NCBI GenBank assembly: GCA_964473495.1
Contig: CAYYPJ010000001.1
Coordinates: forward strand, 1-40,330
Direction of reading: 5' to 3'
Length of the DNA stretch: 40,330 bases
Origin: an uncultured Spirochaetales bacterium
GTDB taxonomy: Bacteria > Spirochaetota > Spirochaetia > CAKZLE01
Part shown: positions 8,246 through 17,892 of the stretch, piece by piece
Layout of the letters: the number at the start of each line of letters is the position of its first letter
Position numbering within the stretch: the first letter of the stretch is position 1
Notes under the pieces: model-generated
The model's database searches: none
What the model was told of the DNA's origin: nothing
The model's input: the letters and a program-made list of their open reading frames with translations, nothing else
Position numbers and translations under genes: made by a program

Positions 8246-9715
8246 ATGAAAGTTTTAATGCTAACGAGCGAAGCTGTACCTTTTATTAAATCAGGGGGGT
8301 TAGCTGATGTAGTGACTGCATTATCGCAGTCACTCATCATCTTAGGTCATGAAGTAAAACTTATTATGCCCTATTATCATGATCTAAAAGGGATTAAGAC
8401 AGAAATCCTTCCTTGGGATCTGAAGATCACGGGAAAAACGAAACAAGAACATTTTAGAATTCGCAGGATGTCTCTTGAACAACTTGAATGTTTTTTTGTT
8501 GACACACGCTGCTTCTCTGAACGAGAAGGTATCTATGGGAAGACATCATATACACCCTATCAAGACAACTTATATCGCTACACCATATTCTCTCGAGCAG
8601 TCTTTGAGATATGTAGAAAGATAAACTGGTATCCTGATATCTTTCATTGCCACGATTGGACCACTGGATTCATTCCCCTATTGCTACGAAAACAGAAATC
8701 TCGTCTTTTTCAGCATGCTAGGAGTGTTCTAACCATTCATAACCTTGGATATCAGGGAGATTACTCAAAACATGATATACATATTACCGGGTTATCGGCA
8801 GCGGAAGTCTTCGCTGGAGAGCATACACAGAGCTATTCTTCACGACTTAATATGCTGCAGACAGGGATTCAGTATGCTGATATGATCACTACCGTCTCTC
8901 CCTCCTATGCTAAAGAGATCCAGACAAAGCTGATGGGACATGGATTAGATTATTTACTCAGAAAACGTCGTAACAGCTTATATGGGATACTGAATGGGGT
9001 AGATTACAAAGAATGGGATCCCAGGCATGACACGTATATACCGCATTGCTACTCCGCCGAAACACTGGAACTTAAGAAGCTCGACAAACAAGCTCTGCAA
9101 TCCTATTGTAATCTCACACATGATGATTCAGTCCCAGTCATTGGTATGATCTCAAGGCTGGCAGATCAAAAAGGTTTTAGGGAATTGTGTAGTGGGACTC
9201 CTTCAGCTCTTGAACGAATGCTTATTGAACTTCCTATTCAGATTGTCATTGTCGGTACTGGAGATAAAGATATAGAGAACTATCTTATGCACATTGATGC
9301 CATGTATGATAACTTCTCTGCACAGATCGTATTCAACAATTATGTTGCACACCTTGTAGAGGCTGGTTCTGATATGTTTCTCATGCCTAGCAGATATGAA
9401 CCCTGCGGGCTGAATCAGATCTATTCTTTGAAATACGGATCCATTCCTATTGTTCGTAAAACTGGGGGGCTAGCTGATACTATTGAACCGTTTAGTGCTG
9501 ATTATCAAGAAGGCGTCGGTTTTTGTTTCGAGCAGATGTCAGGGGAAGCAATCTATGTTGCAGTAGAAAAATCACTTGATCTCTGGAATCAACCGCAAAC
9601 GAGGATTGACGCCGTACGTTCACGTGCTATGCACAAACTTTTTTCATGGGATCAGGCAGCATCATCGTATACTGAGGTCTATACCTTGGTATTTCAGAAA
9701 AGGAGGGAATCATGA
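8246..9715 (+). CDS. glgA: glycogen synthase (ADP-glucose type, GT5)
   Basis: N-terminal KSGGLADV motif. Length 489 aa. C-terminal GGLADT motif. Translationally coupled to glgC. Confidence 0.9.
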   Translation: MKVLMLTSEAVPFIKSGGLADVVTALSQSLIILGHEVKLIMPYYHDLKGIKTEILPWDLKITGKTKQEHFRIRRMSLEQLECFFVDTRCFSEREGIYGKTSYTPYQDNLYRYTIFSRAVFEICRKINWYPDIFHCHDWTTGFIPLLLRKQKSRLFQHARSVLTIHNLGYQGDYSKHDIHITGLSAAEVFAGEHTQSYSSRLNMLQTGIQYADMITTVSPSYAKEIQTKLMGHGLDYLLRKRRNSLYGILNGVDYKEWDPRHDTYIPHCYSAETLELKKLDKQALQSYCNLTHDDSVPVIGMISRLADQKGFRELCSGTPSALERMLIELPIQIVIVGTGDKDIENYLMHIDAMYDNFSAQIVFNNYVAHLVEAGSDMFLMPSRYEPCGLNQIYSLKYGSIPIVRKTGGLADTIEPFSADYQEGVGFCFEQMSGEAIYVAVEKSLDLWNQPQTRIDAVRSRAMHKLFSWDQAASSYTEVYTLVFQKRRES

Positions 9716-10998
9716 ACGACACTTTGGCTATTGTCTTAGGCGGAGGAAAAGGAACAAGATTATTCCCGCTTACAAAAGAACGATCCAAACCTGCTGTCCC
9801 GTTTGGCGGTAAGTATCGACTTGTCGATATTCCCATCTCAAACTGTATCAACAGTGATTTACGGAAAATCTTCATTCTTACACAATACAACTCTGCATCG
9901 CTACATAATCATATAGCTAACACCTATGTCTTTGATACTTTTTCCAAGGGATTCGTTGAAATTCTTGCAGCTGAACAAACTCCTCAAAGTGAATCCTGGT
10001 ACCAGGGTACTGCCGATGCAGTAAGAAAGAATCTAATACATTTCCATGATTACAACCCATCATATTACATCATCCTTTCTGGTGATCAACTATACTGTAT
10101 GGATTTTAATCAGATGCTGAGACAGCACGTAGAATCAAAAGCAGAACTCACAATAGCTGCAAAACCTGTTTCTCGTGATGAAGCAGCTGGCCTGGGAATT
10201 ATGGGTACTGATGATACTGGGCAGATCACATCGTTCATAGAAAAACCTGCACCTGATCAAGATATATCAAGTATGAAAGTCAACAAAGAGCTTCTCAAAG
10301 GCATTGTCGACCCGGCTGAAGTTACGAGAAAAGAGTATCTTGCATCTATGGGTATCTATATCTTCAATGCATCCATGATGGAGAAACTTCTTGATAATGA
10401 TAAGACTGACTTTGGCAAAGAGATAATCCCCAACTCTATTGATTTGATAAAGGTGCAATCGTATATTTTTGATGGATTCTGGAAAGACATTGGGACAATA
10501 AAGGCCTTCTATGAGTGCAATATGAATATTGCATCTATTACTCCTGATTTCAATTTCTATGATGAGACGATGCCTATCTACACACATAGAAGACAGCTTC
10601 CCGCTACAAAGATGAATTTCTGTACAGTCAGTCAATCACTTGCATCAGAAGGAAGCATCATTACGAATTCTTCGATCACCAATTCGATCATTGGTGTTCG
10701 TACGCTCATTGAGGCTGGTGCTAATCTTGATGGTGTTTATTGTATGGGTTCCAGTTATTACGAGACGGAAAGCCAGAAGATTGAGAATGTGAAGAATGGT
10801 ATCCCAAACATTGGTATTGGCCGCGGAGCGGTTATCCGCAAAGCTATCATCGATCAAAATGTTCGTATAGGAGATGGCTGTCGTATCGGTGTTGATTCTA
10901 TCGAGCGAGTCGATGGTGATTATGGTCACTATTGGATATCCGATGGGATCATTGTGATACAAAAGAATAGTATCATCCCCAATGGTACCGTCATATAA
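9712..10998 (+). CDS. glgC: glucose-1-phosphate adenylyltransferase
   Basis: LGGGKGTRLFPLT nucleotide-binding motif, FIEKP motif, and C-terminal left-handed beta-helix-like repeats. ATGA overlap with glgA. Confidence 0.9.
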   Translation: MNDTLAIVLGGGKGTRLFPLTKERSKPAVPFGGKYRLVDIPISNCINSDLRKIFILTQYNSASLHNHIANTYVFDTFSKGFVEILAAEQTPQSESWYQGTADAVRKNLIHFHDYNPSYYIILSGDQLYCMDFNQMLRQHVESKAELTIAAKPVSRDEAAGLGIMGTDDTGQITSFIEKPAPDQDISSMKVNKELLKGIVDPAEVTRKEYLASMGIYIFNASMMEKLLDNDKTDFGKEIIPNSIDLIKVQSYIFDGFWKDIGTIKAFYECNMNIASITPDFNFYDETMPIYTHRRQLPATKMNFCTVSQSLASEGSIITNSSITNSIIGVRTLIEAGANLDGVYCMGSSYYETESQKIENVKNGIPNIGIGRGAVIRKAIIDQNVRIGDGCRIGVDSIERVDGDYGHYWISDGIIVIQKNSIIPNGTVI

Positions 10999-11000
10999 AA

Positions 11001-11417
11001 CTAGGCTCTGCATGGAGAATCAGCTAGACTTTGTGCTATGGCTCTATCTGATTCTGCCATGGGCATAGTACGTAGTTCATTAATCGATTTCCATGCTATC
11101 ATTTGATGGTCTATTAGTTCATATTCGGGTTGTGCATCAACGAAAGTGATCGCATAGGCGAGCAGCCTATACGATTTCCCCCTATTATGGAAATTTCCTT
11201 CATAGAGTAACTCCCCTACCTCGATTGAAACAGAAAGTTCTTCCTGATACTCACGAACTAATGTCTCTTGCGGTGTTTCCCCATCACGATTCTTTCCTCC
11301 AGGGAATTCCCAACTCTCTCCTATGGATGTGCCGCATTTTCTCAATGCCACAAAGAACTTCTTTTCTCTTTGAGCGATACCAGCGGTAGAGATTCGTACT
11401 GTTGATGCGTTACTCAT
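11001..11417 (-). CDS. Nudix hydrolase (MutT-like)
   Basis: Nudix box GGKNRDGETPQETLVREYQEELSV matches GX5EX7REUXEEXGU, with the last G replaced by S. Confidence 0.8.
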   Translation of the reverse strand: MSNASTVRISTAGIAQREKKFFVALRKCGTSIGESWEFPGGKNRDGETPQETLVREYQEELSVSIEVGELLYEGNFHNRGKSYRLLAYAITFVDAQPEYELIDHQMIAWKSINELRTMPMAESDRAIAQSLADSPCRA

Positions 11418-11492
11418 TCATCCCCCAAAACACAAACATACCCCCTACCTGCATTTTCGCTAAACGAGTAGAAAATATGACTTCAGCAGATG

Positions 11493-11948
11493 TTAGAGAA
11501 GTACTGCACTAGGAAATAAGAAATGGAAACAGGCAACCCCAAGAATAATGTATCCAAGTACCTTTTTATTCTTGTAAAAGAAACCCTCTGCTTTATCCAC
11601 AATCTCAGAGTCTATGAAAGCATTATCATCTACGAGATCATCCTCTTCCTTAGGTGTATCATCCCCAAGACTCTTAATCTCAAATCCGTAAAAGATCGCT
11701 ACAGTGATCAATGCCACTGCAGGAAACAGATCCCCAAGAACCACTGGTCCCGGGCTGATTGGGCTAATTAACTTCGAGATACCAGTAACAGCAGTAAGCA
11801 CTAGTAATATAATAGTATTTGTCTGAGTATGGAAAACAAAGTTCTGCAATTTCATGATGGCTGGGTATTTTTCACCATACTCATCTACAAGCAAAATCAA
11901 AGAACCAATTACGAGAAACACTATTGTCAGAAAGTAGAATTGAACCAT
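11493..11948 (-). CDS. hypothetical integral membrane protein (about 4 TM segments)
   Basis: 151 aa with four hydrophobic stretches and an acidic loop (DDTPKEEDDLVDD). No family recognised. Confidence 0.55.
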   Translation of the reverse strand: MVQFYFLTIVFLVIGSLILLVDEYGEKYPAIMKLQNFVFHTQTNTIILLVLTAVTGISKLISPISPGPVVLGDLFPAVALITVAIFYGFEIKSLGDDTPKEEDDLVDDNAFIDSEIVDKAEGFFYKNKKVLGYIILGVACFHFLFPSAVLL

Positions 11949-11976
11949 CTTTCACTCCATTTGTATATCTTCAAGC

Positions 11977-13527
11977 CTAATATAAAGAACACTGATGGTC
12001 AAGTAAATCATTCCCCTCAAGTTCTTTTATCGCTATCCCTATATACGATAGAAGATCTTCAGCAACGAACCATCCTCTATCATCCTTTGTGATGAGACCT
12101 GTTTTCTGATGAAGGGCATTCCCCATGCAGGCAGCCTGCATAAGAGGAATATCCTGTGCTGCTAATCCTCCAACTATACCCGAAAGTACATCACCGGAAC
12201 CAGCCGTACCCATAGCAGGGTTCATGCCCTCCATTACGGTAATATTCCCCTCTGGTGAACAGATATAATTTATATGTGATTTATAGAGTATAATACATCC
12301 CAAGTTTTTGGAAGCTGCCCGGATAGACTCCAGGCATTTCTCAGGATTTTCTTTATCATACAGCTCACTTATCATCAAGAACTCTCCCGGATGCGGAGTC
12401 ATGATCACATTATGCAGGTCTTGAGTGGTTAATGATCCATTGTCCAGCATCAATCGTACTAATGTGATTGCATCAGCATCTATCACCACAGGGATACCGC
12501 TATGCAGGATCTCGGTAAGTTGCAGGGCTCTTTCCTTTGTGACTCCCCATCCCGGACCAACTAACACCGCATCATAACGTGAACGTAAGACTTCTGAGCT
12601 GATGCTGTATCCTCGTTCAACAGGTTTGACCATCACAGAAGTTGCATGGGCAGCAACTATTGGATAGAGAGATCTATCACAAAATAGCGTCACTAATCCT
12701 GTTCGTACTCGTAACGCAGCTTCGGAAGCCAACACAGCAGCTCCTATGAATCCTGATGAACCGGCAAAAACTGATAAATGTCCTTTTTTATTCTTATACG
12801 AAGAAGCATCTATGGTGGGAAAGGATACCTCATCGATACTTTGTAATATACAGTCATTACCATAACGTGCTAAGAGATCCGGAGGGAATCCGGGATTGAT
12901 GGTGATAATCTCACCACAGTGAGAACGTATATGAGGATAAAAGAAGATTTGTTTGGGCCATCCAAACGTGATGGTCATATCAGCATGGAAGAAGACAGCG
13001 GCCTTTCCTACTCCATCAGTGAGCCCACTGGGGAGGTCAACCGCAATCTTCGCAGGCCTCGTCAAACTATTGATCGAGATGATAAACTCTTTCAAGGCAC
13101 CATCTGACAGCTCTCCCCGCAACCCGGTACCAATCATTCCGTCAAAGATTATATCCGCCTGGTCAATTAGCTGTTCAGCTGCTTTTGAGGCTGCATCAAC
13201 GATGTCAATCCCATATTCGGTACACATCCTGCGCTGCAGCGTCACGATATCATTGCAGACCTCTTTGATTTTCAGGATCGCTACATGTGATACCCCTGTG
13301 ATGCAGGCTTCACGAGCCATCACGAGAGCATCACCGCCATTATTACCACTTCCGGCAATGAATACCATATGAGCAGTATCAAGCATCAGGTCAGGTAATC
13401 GATTGATACAAGCATGAAAGCCTTTCACTCCAGCCTGCTCCATCAGCAGCAGTCCGGGAACAGCATATTCCTCTTGTGCCCTTTTATCGATCTCACTCAT
13501 TTCCACTGTCGTTACCAGATGCATCAC
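11977..13527 (-). CDS. nnr: bifunctional NAD(P)H-hydrate repair enzyme (epimerase / ADP-dependent dehydratase)
   Basis: N-terminal YjeF_N motif GSGNNGGDALV. C-terminal kinase-like LVGPGWG and GSGDVLSGI motifs. Length 516 aa. Confidence 0.85.
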   Translation of the reverse strand: MMHLVTTVEMSEIDKRAQEEYAVPGLLLMEQAGVKGFHACINRLPDLMLDTAHMVFIAGSGNNGGDALVMAREACITGVSHVAILKIKEVCNDIVTLQRRMCTEYGIDIVDAASKAAEQLIDQADIIFDGMIGTGLRGELSDGALKEFIISINSLTRPAKIAVDLPSGLTDGVGKAAVFFHADMTITFGWPKQIFFYPHIRSHCGEIITINPGFPPDLLARYGNDCILQSIDEVSFPTIDASSYKNKKGHLSVFAGSSGFIGAAVLASEAALRVRTGLVTLFCDRSLYPIVAAHATSVMVKPVERGYSISSEVLRSRYDAVLVGPGWGVTKERALQLTEILHSGIPVVIDADAITLVRLMLDNGSLTTQDLHNVIMTPHPGEFLMISELYDKENPEKCLESIRAASKNLGCIILYKSHINYICSPEGNITVMEGMNPAMGTAGSGDVLSGIVGGLAAQDIPLMQAACMGNALHQKTGLITKDDRGWFVAEDLLSYIGIAIKELEGNDLLDHQCSLY

Positions 13528-13869
13528 ATCCCCCCCTACACATCCAATACCACAAAATAGACATAATAGTTACATGCTATCACAATACAGCGGTCTATGA
13601 TACCAGGGACATCCATCGCACTAGAGACCAATAGTTTTCTGTTCCATAGTGAACCGCTCTACGATCCGGGTATTAGCAGCCGCAGTCTTCCGCTAAAATA
13701 TTCGTACTCTTCTACTTAAGTTTCCGGCTTGTCATCACGAGTATATGCTCCTGCTTCACTCAGCTAAATAAAAACCAAATAATAGTTCATCATAATTCAA
13801 CTAATTATATACAGTTCTCGTTTTTTTCGTTATATTTTAATTCGGTAGTATACAAAAAAGGATCTTTAC

Positions 13870-16593
13870 ATGGCAAAAAATATATTGAAAGTACTCTTTG
13901 GTACAAAACAGGAACATGATATGAAGGAGCTTATCCCGATACTTCATATGATCAATAAACAAGAGGAATGGGCACTCGCCTTTTCAAGAGAAGAATTCCC
14001 CATGCAGACAGAAAAACTCAAGGAACAGTACAACTCAGGCACACCCTTGATCGAACTTCTACCGAAAGCATATGCCCTCACCCGTGAAGCAGGGAGAAGA
14101 ACTCTTGGAGAACGGCTCTATGATGTTCAACTATTAGGGGCTATCGTGCTGCATCAGGGAAAGATCATGGAGATGAAGACAGGAGAGGGGAAGACACTCT
14201 CTTGCGTACCAGCTGCCTTCCTCAATGCTTTGACAGGGGACGGCGTACATATTGTCACGGTAAATGATTATCTTGCTGAACGAGATGCACATTGGATGGA
14301 ACCTGTCTACAATTATCTTGGACTGAAAGTCGGCATCATTCTCTCAGATATGGACAATGAAGCTCGTAGAGAAGCATACAATCAAGATATAACCTATGGG
14401 ACGAACAATGAGTTCGGTTTTGATTATCTTCGTGATAACATGAAATGGGAACTTGAACAGAAGCTCCAGCCAAAACATAACTACTGTATCATCGATGAGA
14501 TTGACTCTATTCTCATTGATGAGGCACGTACTCCTTTGATCATTTCTGGTCAAGCAGATGATGATACCAAAAAATTCTTCGAAGTGAACAAGATCGTTCC
14601 AAGCTTGAAAGAATGTGCAAAGGATCCGGAGACGGGTGATTATCCGGAAGAACCCGTGGGAGACTATCAACTTGAAGAAAAATCCAAACGGGTCACCTTC
14701 ACTAATGAAGGTATGAACTCAATAGAACTGCAGCTTCAAAAGCGAGGCATTATCAAGGGATCGCTCTTTATTGATGAGAACTTTGAATATATTCACTATA
14801 TGACTCAGGCTGTCAAAGCACACAGATTATTCAATAATGACGTCGATTATGTTGTCAAAGAGGGACAAGTACAGATTGTAGATGAGTTCACTGGACGTAT
14901 CCTCACTGGAAGACGCTATTCAGATGGACTTCATCAGGCAATAGAGGCAAAAGAAGGCATCAAGATTGCAAAACGTAACCGAACGTTAGCGACAATAACA
15001 TTCCAGAACTTCTTTCGTATGTATACAAAGATCTCAGGAATGACCGGTACAGCAGATACTGAAGCTGCTGAATTCTCAAAGATCTATCATCTTGATGTCG
15101 TGGTCATACCAACGAACCGTCCTATCACACGAAATGATGAACATGATCTCATCTATTTTAATGAAGAATATAAATATAAGGCAATATGTGATGAGATTGC
15201 CGCCCATCATGCAAAAGGACAGCCTATTCTTGTAGGTACCGTTTCTATCGAGAAATCAGAACTTCTTTCCCATCTCTTGACGAAACGCGGAATCAAACAT
15301 GAGGTCTTGAATGCAAAGAATCATGCAAGAGAGGCTCTGATCATAGCAGAAGCCGGTGCAAAAGGATCAATCACGATAGCAACAAATATGGCTGGTCGTG
15401 GTACTGATATTAAATTGGGAGGAAACCCAAGTTTTCGAGCCCGAAAGAAATGCGGGACCGAGGCTGATGAAGAAGAGTATCAACGAGCATACAAGCTTGA
15501 ATATGCAAAGTGGAAGGAGAATTACAAAGAGGTAAAATCCCTTGATGGTCTGTATATCATCGGTACTGAGAGGCATGAATCCAGACGTATCGATAATCAG
15601 CTCCGTGGTAGATCCGGAAGGCAGGGAGATCCCGGCAAATCTCGTTTTTATCTATCGCTGGATGACAGTCTTATGAGACTGTTCGCTCGAGAAAATCTAA
15701 AATCTCTTATGGGAAAGATCGGTATGGCAGATGGTGAACCAATACACCACTCAATGATTTCGAATGCGATCGAAAAGGCACAGTCAAAAGTGGAGGAACG
15801 TAACTTTGATATTAGAAAGCATCTTCTTGAATATGATGATGTATTGAATGAACAACGTTATTTTATCTATGATCAGCGTGATGAGATCCTGGCTGACCCT
15901 CTTTTAGACAAACGTATCATTCAGGCCACTAAAGAGATAGTCGAAGATCTTGTTGATCAGACAATACAAACACATAAAGACCCGGTCTCACTGCAAAGAC
16001 AACTTCAAGATCTTCTGAATGAACAATTCAGGGTCATCCCTGATATACCTGTATCAGAACTCACTGATAAGGATAGTGATGTACTTATTACTCACATTCT
16101 TGAATCTTTGGAGAAGGAACTCTATGCAAAGATCGATTTTGTTGGTAAAGAGCGTTTCAACACCTTCCTGCGTTTTCAATACTTGAAGCAGATCGATACT
16201 AAGTGGCAGGATCATCTTGAACGCCTCGAAGAACTTCGAGAAGCAGTCTATCTGCGTTCCTATGCACAAAAGAATCCGCTTCTTGAGTATAAACTAGAGG
16301 GCTTCGATATCTTCGATTCCATGTTATTGGAGATTAAACATACGATTGCCTGTACTGCGTTTCGTGTACAGATACAAAAGCGTGGTCCCTCACACTATCA
16401 GACTCCAACACAAAGGACATCTGAAGTCCATAACGGTGTCATGCAATTTTCCCTGCAGCATGGTAATGCTGCTCCATCTTCTACTTCGCAGCCGCAGCAG
16501 ATGCAGATCAAACGTACCTATCCAAAAGTCGGCAGGAACGATCCCTGTCCGTGCGGCAGCGGGAAGAAGTATAAACATTGTCATGGAGCATGA
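13870..16593 (+). CDS. secA: preprotein translocase ATPase SecA
   Basis: Walker [28 protein letters not shown] motif, and C-terminal zinc finger [14 protein letters not shown]. Length 907 aa. Confidence 0.95.
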   Translation: MAKNILKVLFGTKQEHDMKELIPILHMINKQEEWALAFSREEFPMQTEKLKEQYNSGTPLIELLPKAYALTREAGRRTLGERLYDVQLLGAIVLHQGKIMEMKTGEGKTLSCVPAAFLNALTGDGVHIVTVNDYLAERDAHWMEPVYNYLGLKVGIILSDMDNEARREAYNQDITYGTNNEFGFDYLRDNMKWELEQKLQPKHNYCIIDEIDSILIDEARTPLIISGQADDDTKKFFEVNKIVPSLKECAKDPETGDYPEEPVGDYQLEEKSKRVTFTNEGMNSIELQLQKRGIIKGSLFIDENFEYIHYMTQAVKAHRLFNNDVDYVVKEGQVQIVDEFTGRILTGRRYSDGLHQAIEAKEGIKIAKRNRTLATITFQNFFRMYTKISGMTGTADTEAAEFSKIYHLDVVVIPTNRPITRNDEHDLIYFNEEYKYKAICDEIAAHHAKGQPILVGTVSIEKSELLSHLLTKRGIKHEVLNAKNHAREALIIAEAGAKGSITIATNMAGRGTDIKLGGNPSFRARKKCGTEADEEEYQRAYKLEYAKWKENYKEVKSLDGLYIIGTERHESRRIDNQLRGRSGRQGDPGKSRFYLSLDDSLMRLFARENLKSLMGKIGMADGEPIHHSMISNAIEKAQSKVEERNFDIRKHLLEYDDVLNEQRYFIYDQRDEILADPLLDKRIIQATKEIVEDLVDQTIQTHKDPVSLQRQLQDLLNEQFRVIPDIPVSELTDKDSDVLITHILESLEKELYAKIDFVGKERFNTFLRFQYLKQIDTKWQDHLERLEELREAVYLRSYAQKNPLLEYKLEGFDIFDSMLLEIKHTIACTAFRVQIQKRGPSHYQTPTQRTSEVHNGVMQFSLQHGNAAPSSTSQPQQMQIKRTYPKVGRNDPCPCGSGKKYKHCHGA

Positions 16594-16602
16594 TAAAAAG
16601 TT

Positions 16603-16638
16603 ATCTGAAGATATGACATCATTACCATATCTTCAGAT
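16603..16638. terminator. bidirectional hairpin between convergent secA and the LysM/dLytM gene
   Basis: Perfect 13-bp IR: atctgaagatatg (16603-16615) / catatcttcagat (16626-16638), with a 10-nt loop. Confidence 0.55.
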
Positions 16639-16641
16639 CTT

Positions 16642-17838
16642 CTAGAAGAACTCATTTGGATCTATAGGCATCCCGTCTTTATCAATCTCAAAATAGAGCA
16701 TAGGTTCAAGGATCCGTCCGGAAATTCCGATAGTAGCTATTTCATCACCCTGTGTCACGGAAACGCCAACTTCTACTTTGATTTTATCCAAATGACCATA
16801 GGTCGAGGTATATTCGTTATCATGGTCAATTACGATATAACGACCAAGACCGCTTTGATCATTACTAATTTCGGTAATCGTACCAGTATTTGAAGCGAGT
16901 ACAGGGGTACCTATCTCATTTTTGATATAGAGCCCCTTACTCACCTTCTTTTCACCGGTTATAACATCTTCAATGGTCTCATTGAACTGATGCAGGAAAA
17001 TCCCTTCAGCAGGTCTCACAAAGAAACTCTTCATGACAATCTGATAATCCTCTTTACTGATCGTTCTCTCTGGAATAAATATATGCTGTCCAATAATGAT
17101 CAAAGGAGAGGATAACCCATTCACCTCAGCAAGTGTCACATACCCCATATCGTATTTATAGGCAATAACAGAAAGACTATCCCCCTTCTTCACCGTATAC
17201 ATCTGTCCATCTCTATCCGGTATTTCTAAAGATGTACCTGCTTTGATATCATTGATGTTACCGATGCCGTTCACTCCTATGATTGTCTCAGGTTTCAACC
17301 CAAAGGTAGCTGCAATCTTCGTCAAGGTATCACCTGGTTGCACCACATACGCAGTGAAAGAGACCGGCGTCAAAGTGAGCTCCTCAGCATCACGCGCCGA
17401 CGAACTGCTCTCAGTCCGGGTGATAGAAGGTTCTTCCTGCCCTTCCTCCGTCTTTTTCTCAGTCTCAGCCGCATCTTCTGGGATAGGATCATTGGCTGGT
17501 CCTGTCTTGATCTCTTCAGTAGTATCTGCAACTTGTGAATCTTCCTCTATCGGCTGTTCAACGGGCTGCTGTTCAACTGATTCTTTCAACTCCTGGGCAA
17601 TGATATCTTCATCCTTTGGTTCAGAGATGGTTACAGAAGAGAGGTCAATCGATTTTTCCTTGACGGAACGTACATCTGCGTTCATGAGAATATAGACTAT
17701 CGCTAAAACCGCTATAAGGATCAATAGCACCATGATAGTGATAATGATACGTTTCATATTACGAAACTTCCTATTCTCTTCTTGAATCTGTAAGTTCGGA
17801 GACATATCATCATATGGATGAGTATGTTGATGGTTCAT
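16642..17838 (-). CDS. membrane-anchored LysM-domain protein with a degenerate (non-catalytic) M23/LytM domain, NlpD/EnvC-like
   Basis: N-terminal TM segment, an acidic linker, and two LysM repeats (YVVQPGDTLTKIA, YTVKKGDSLSVIA). The C-terminal M23 fold has SKGLY in place of HxxxD and PMLYFE in place of PHxHFE. Confidence 0.75.
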   Translation of the reverse strand: MNHQHTHPYDDMSPNLQIQEENRKFRNMKRIIITIMVLLILIAVLAIVYILMNADVRSVKEKSIDLSSVTISEPKDEDIIAQELKESVEQQPVEQPIEEDSQVADTTEEIKTGPANDPIPEDAAETEKKTEEGQEEPSITRTESSSSARDAEELTLTPVSFTAYVVQPGDTLTKIAATFGLKPETIIGVNGIGNINDIKAGTSLEIPDRDGQMYTVKKGDSLSVIAYKYDMGYVTLAEVNGLSSPLIIIGQHIFIPERTISKEDYQIVMKSFFVRPAEGIFLHQFNETIEDVITGEKKVSKGLYIKNEIGTPVLASNTGTITEISNDQSGLGRYIVIDHDNEYTSTYGHLDKIKVEVGVSVTQGDEIATIGISGRILEPMLYFEIDKDGMPIDPNEFF

Positions 17839-17854
17839 AATATACGACCTACTA

Positions 17855-17883
17855 TCGACAATTGTTACTAATAATACTAATAT
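17855..17883 (+). promoter_or_regulatory. candidate promoter abutting the PBP start
   Basis: TCGACA (17855-17860), 17-nt spacer, TAATAT (17878-17883). ATG 17893 is 9 nt downstream with no SD. Confidence 0.3.
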
Positions 17884-17892
17884 ATTTTCATC

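Noticed and set aside
12953-13372. 139-aa plus-strand ORF antisense to nnr (also 12919-13107)
   Set aside because: Shadow ORFs inside a motif-supported nnr gene, with no SD.
13660-13700. AGCAGCC and GGAAG-like strings, considered as an SRP (4.5S) RNA domain IV
   Set aside because: The motifs are not arranged as GNAR tetraloop followed by GGAAGCAGCC on either strand, and no closing helix could be drawn.
17243-17695. 150-aa plus-strand ORF antisense to the acidic linker of the LysM/dLytM gene
   Set aside because: The Ser-rich low-complexity product is the complement of a Glu/Asp-rich linker, so it is spurious.
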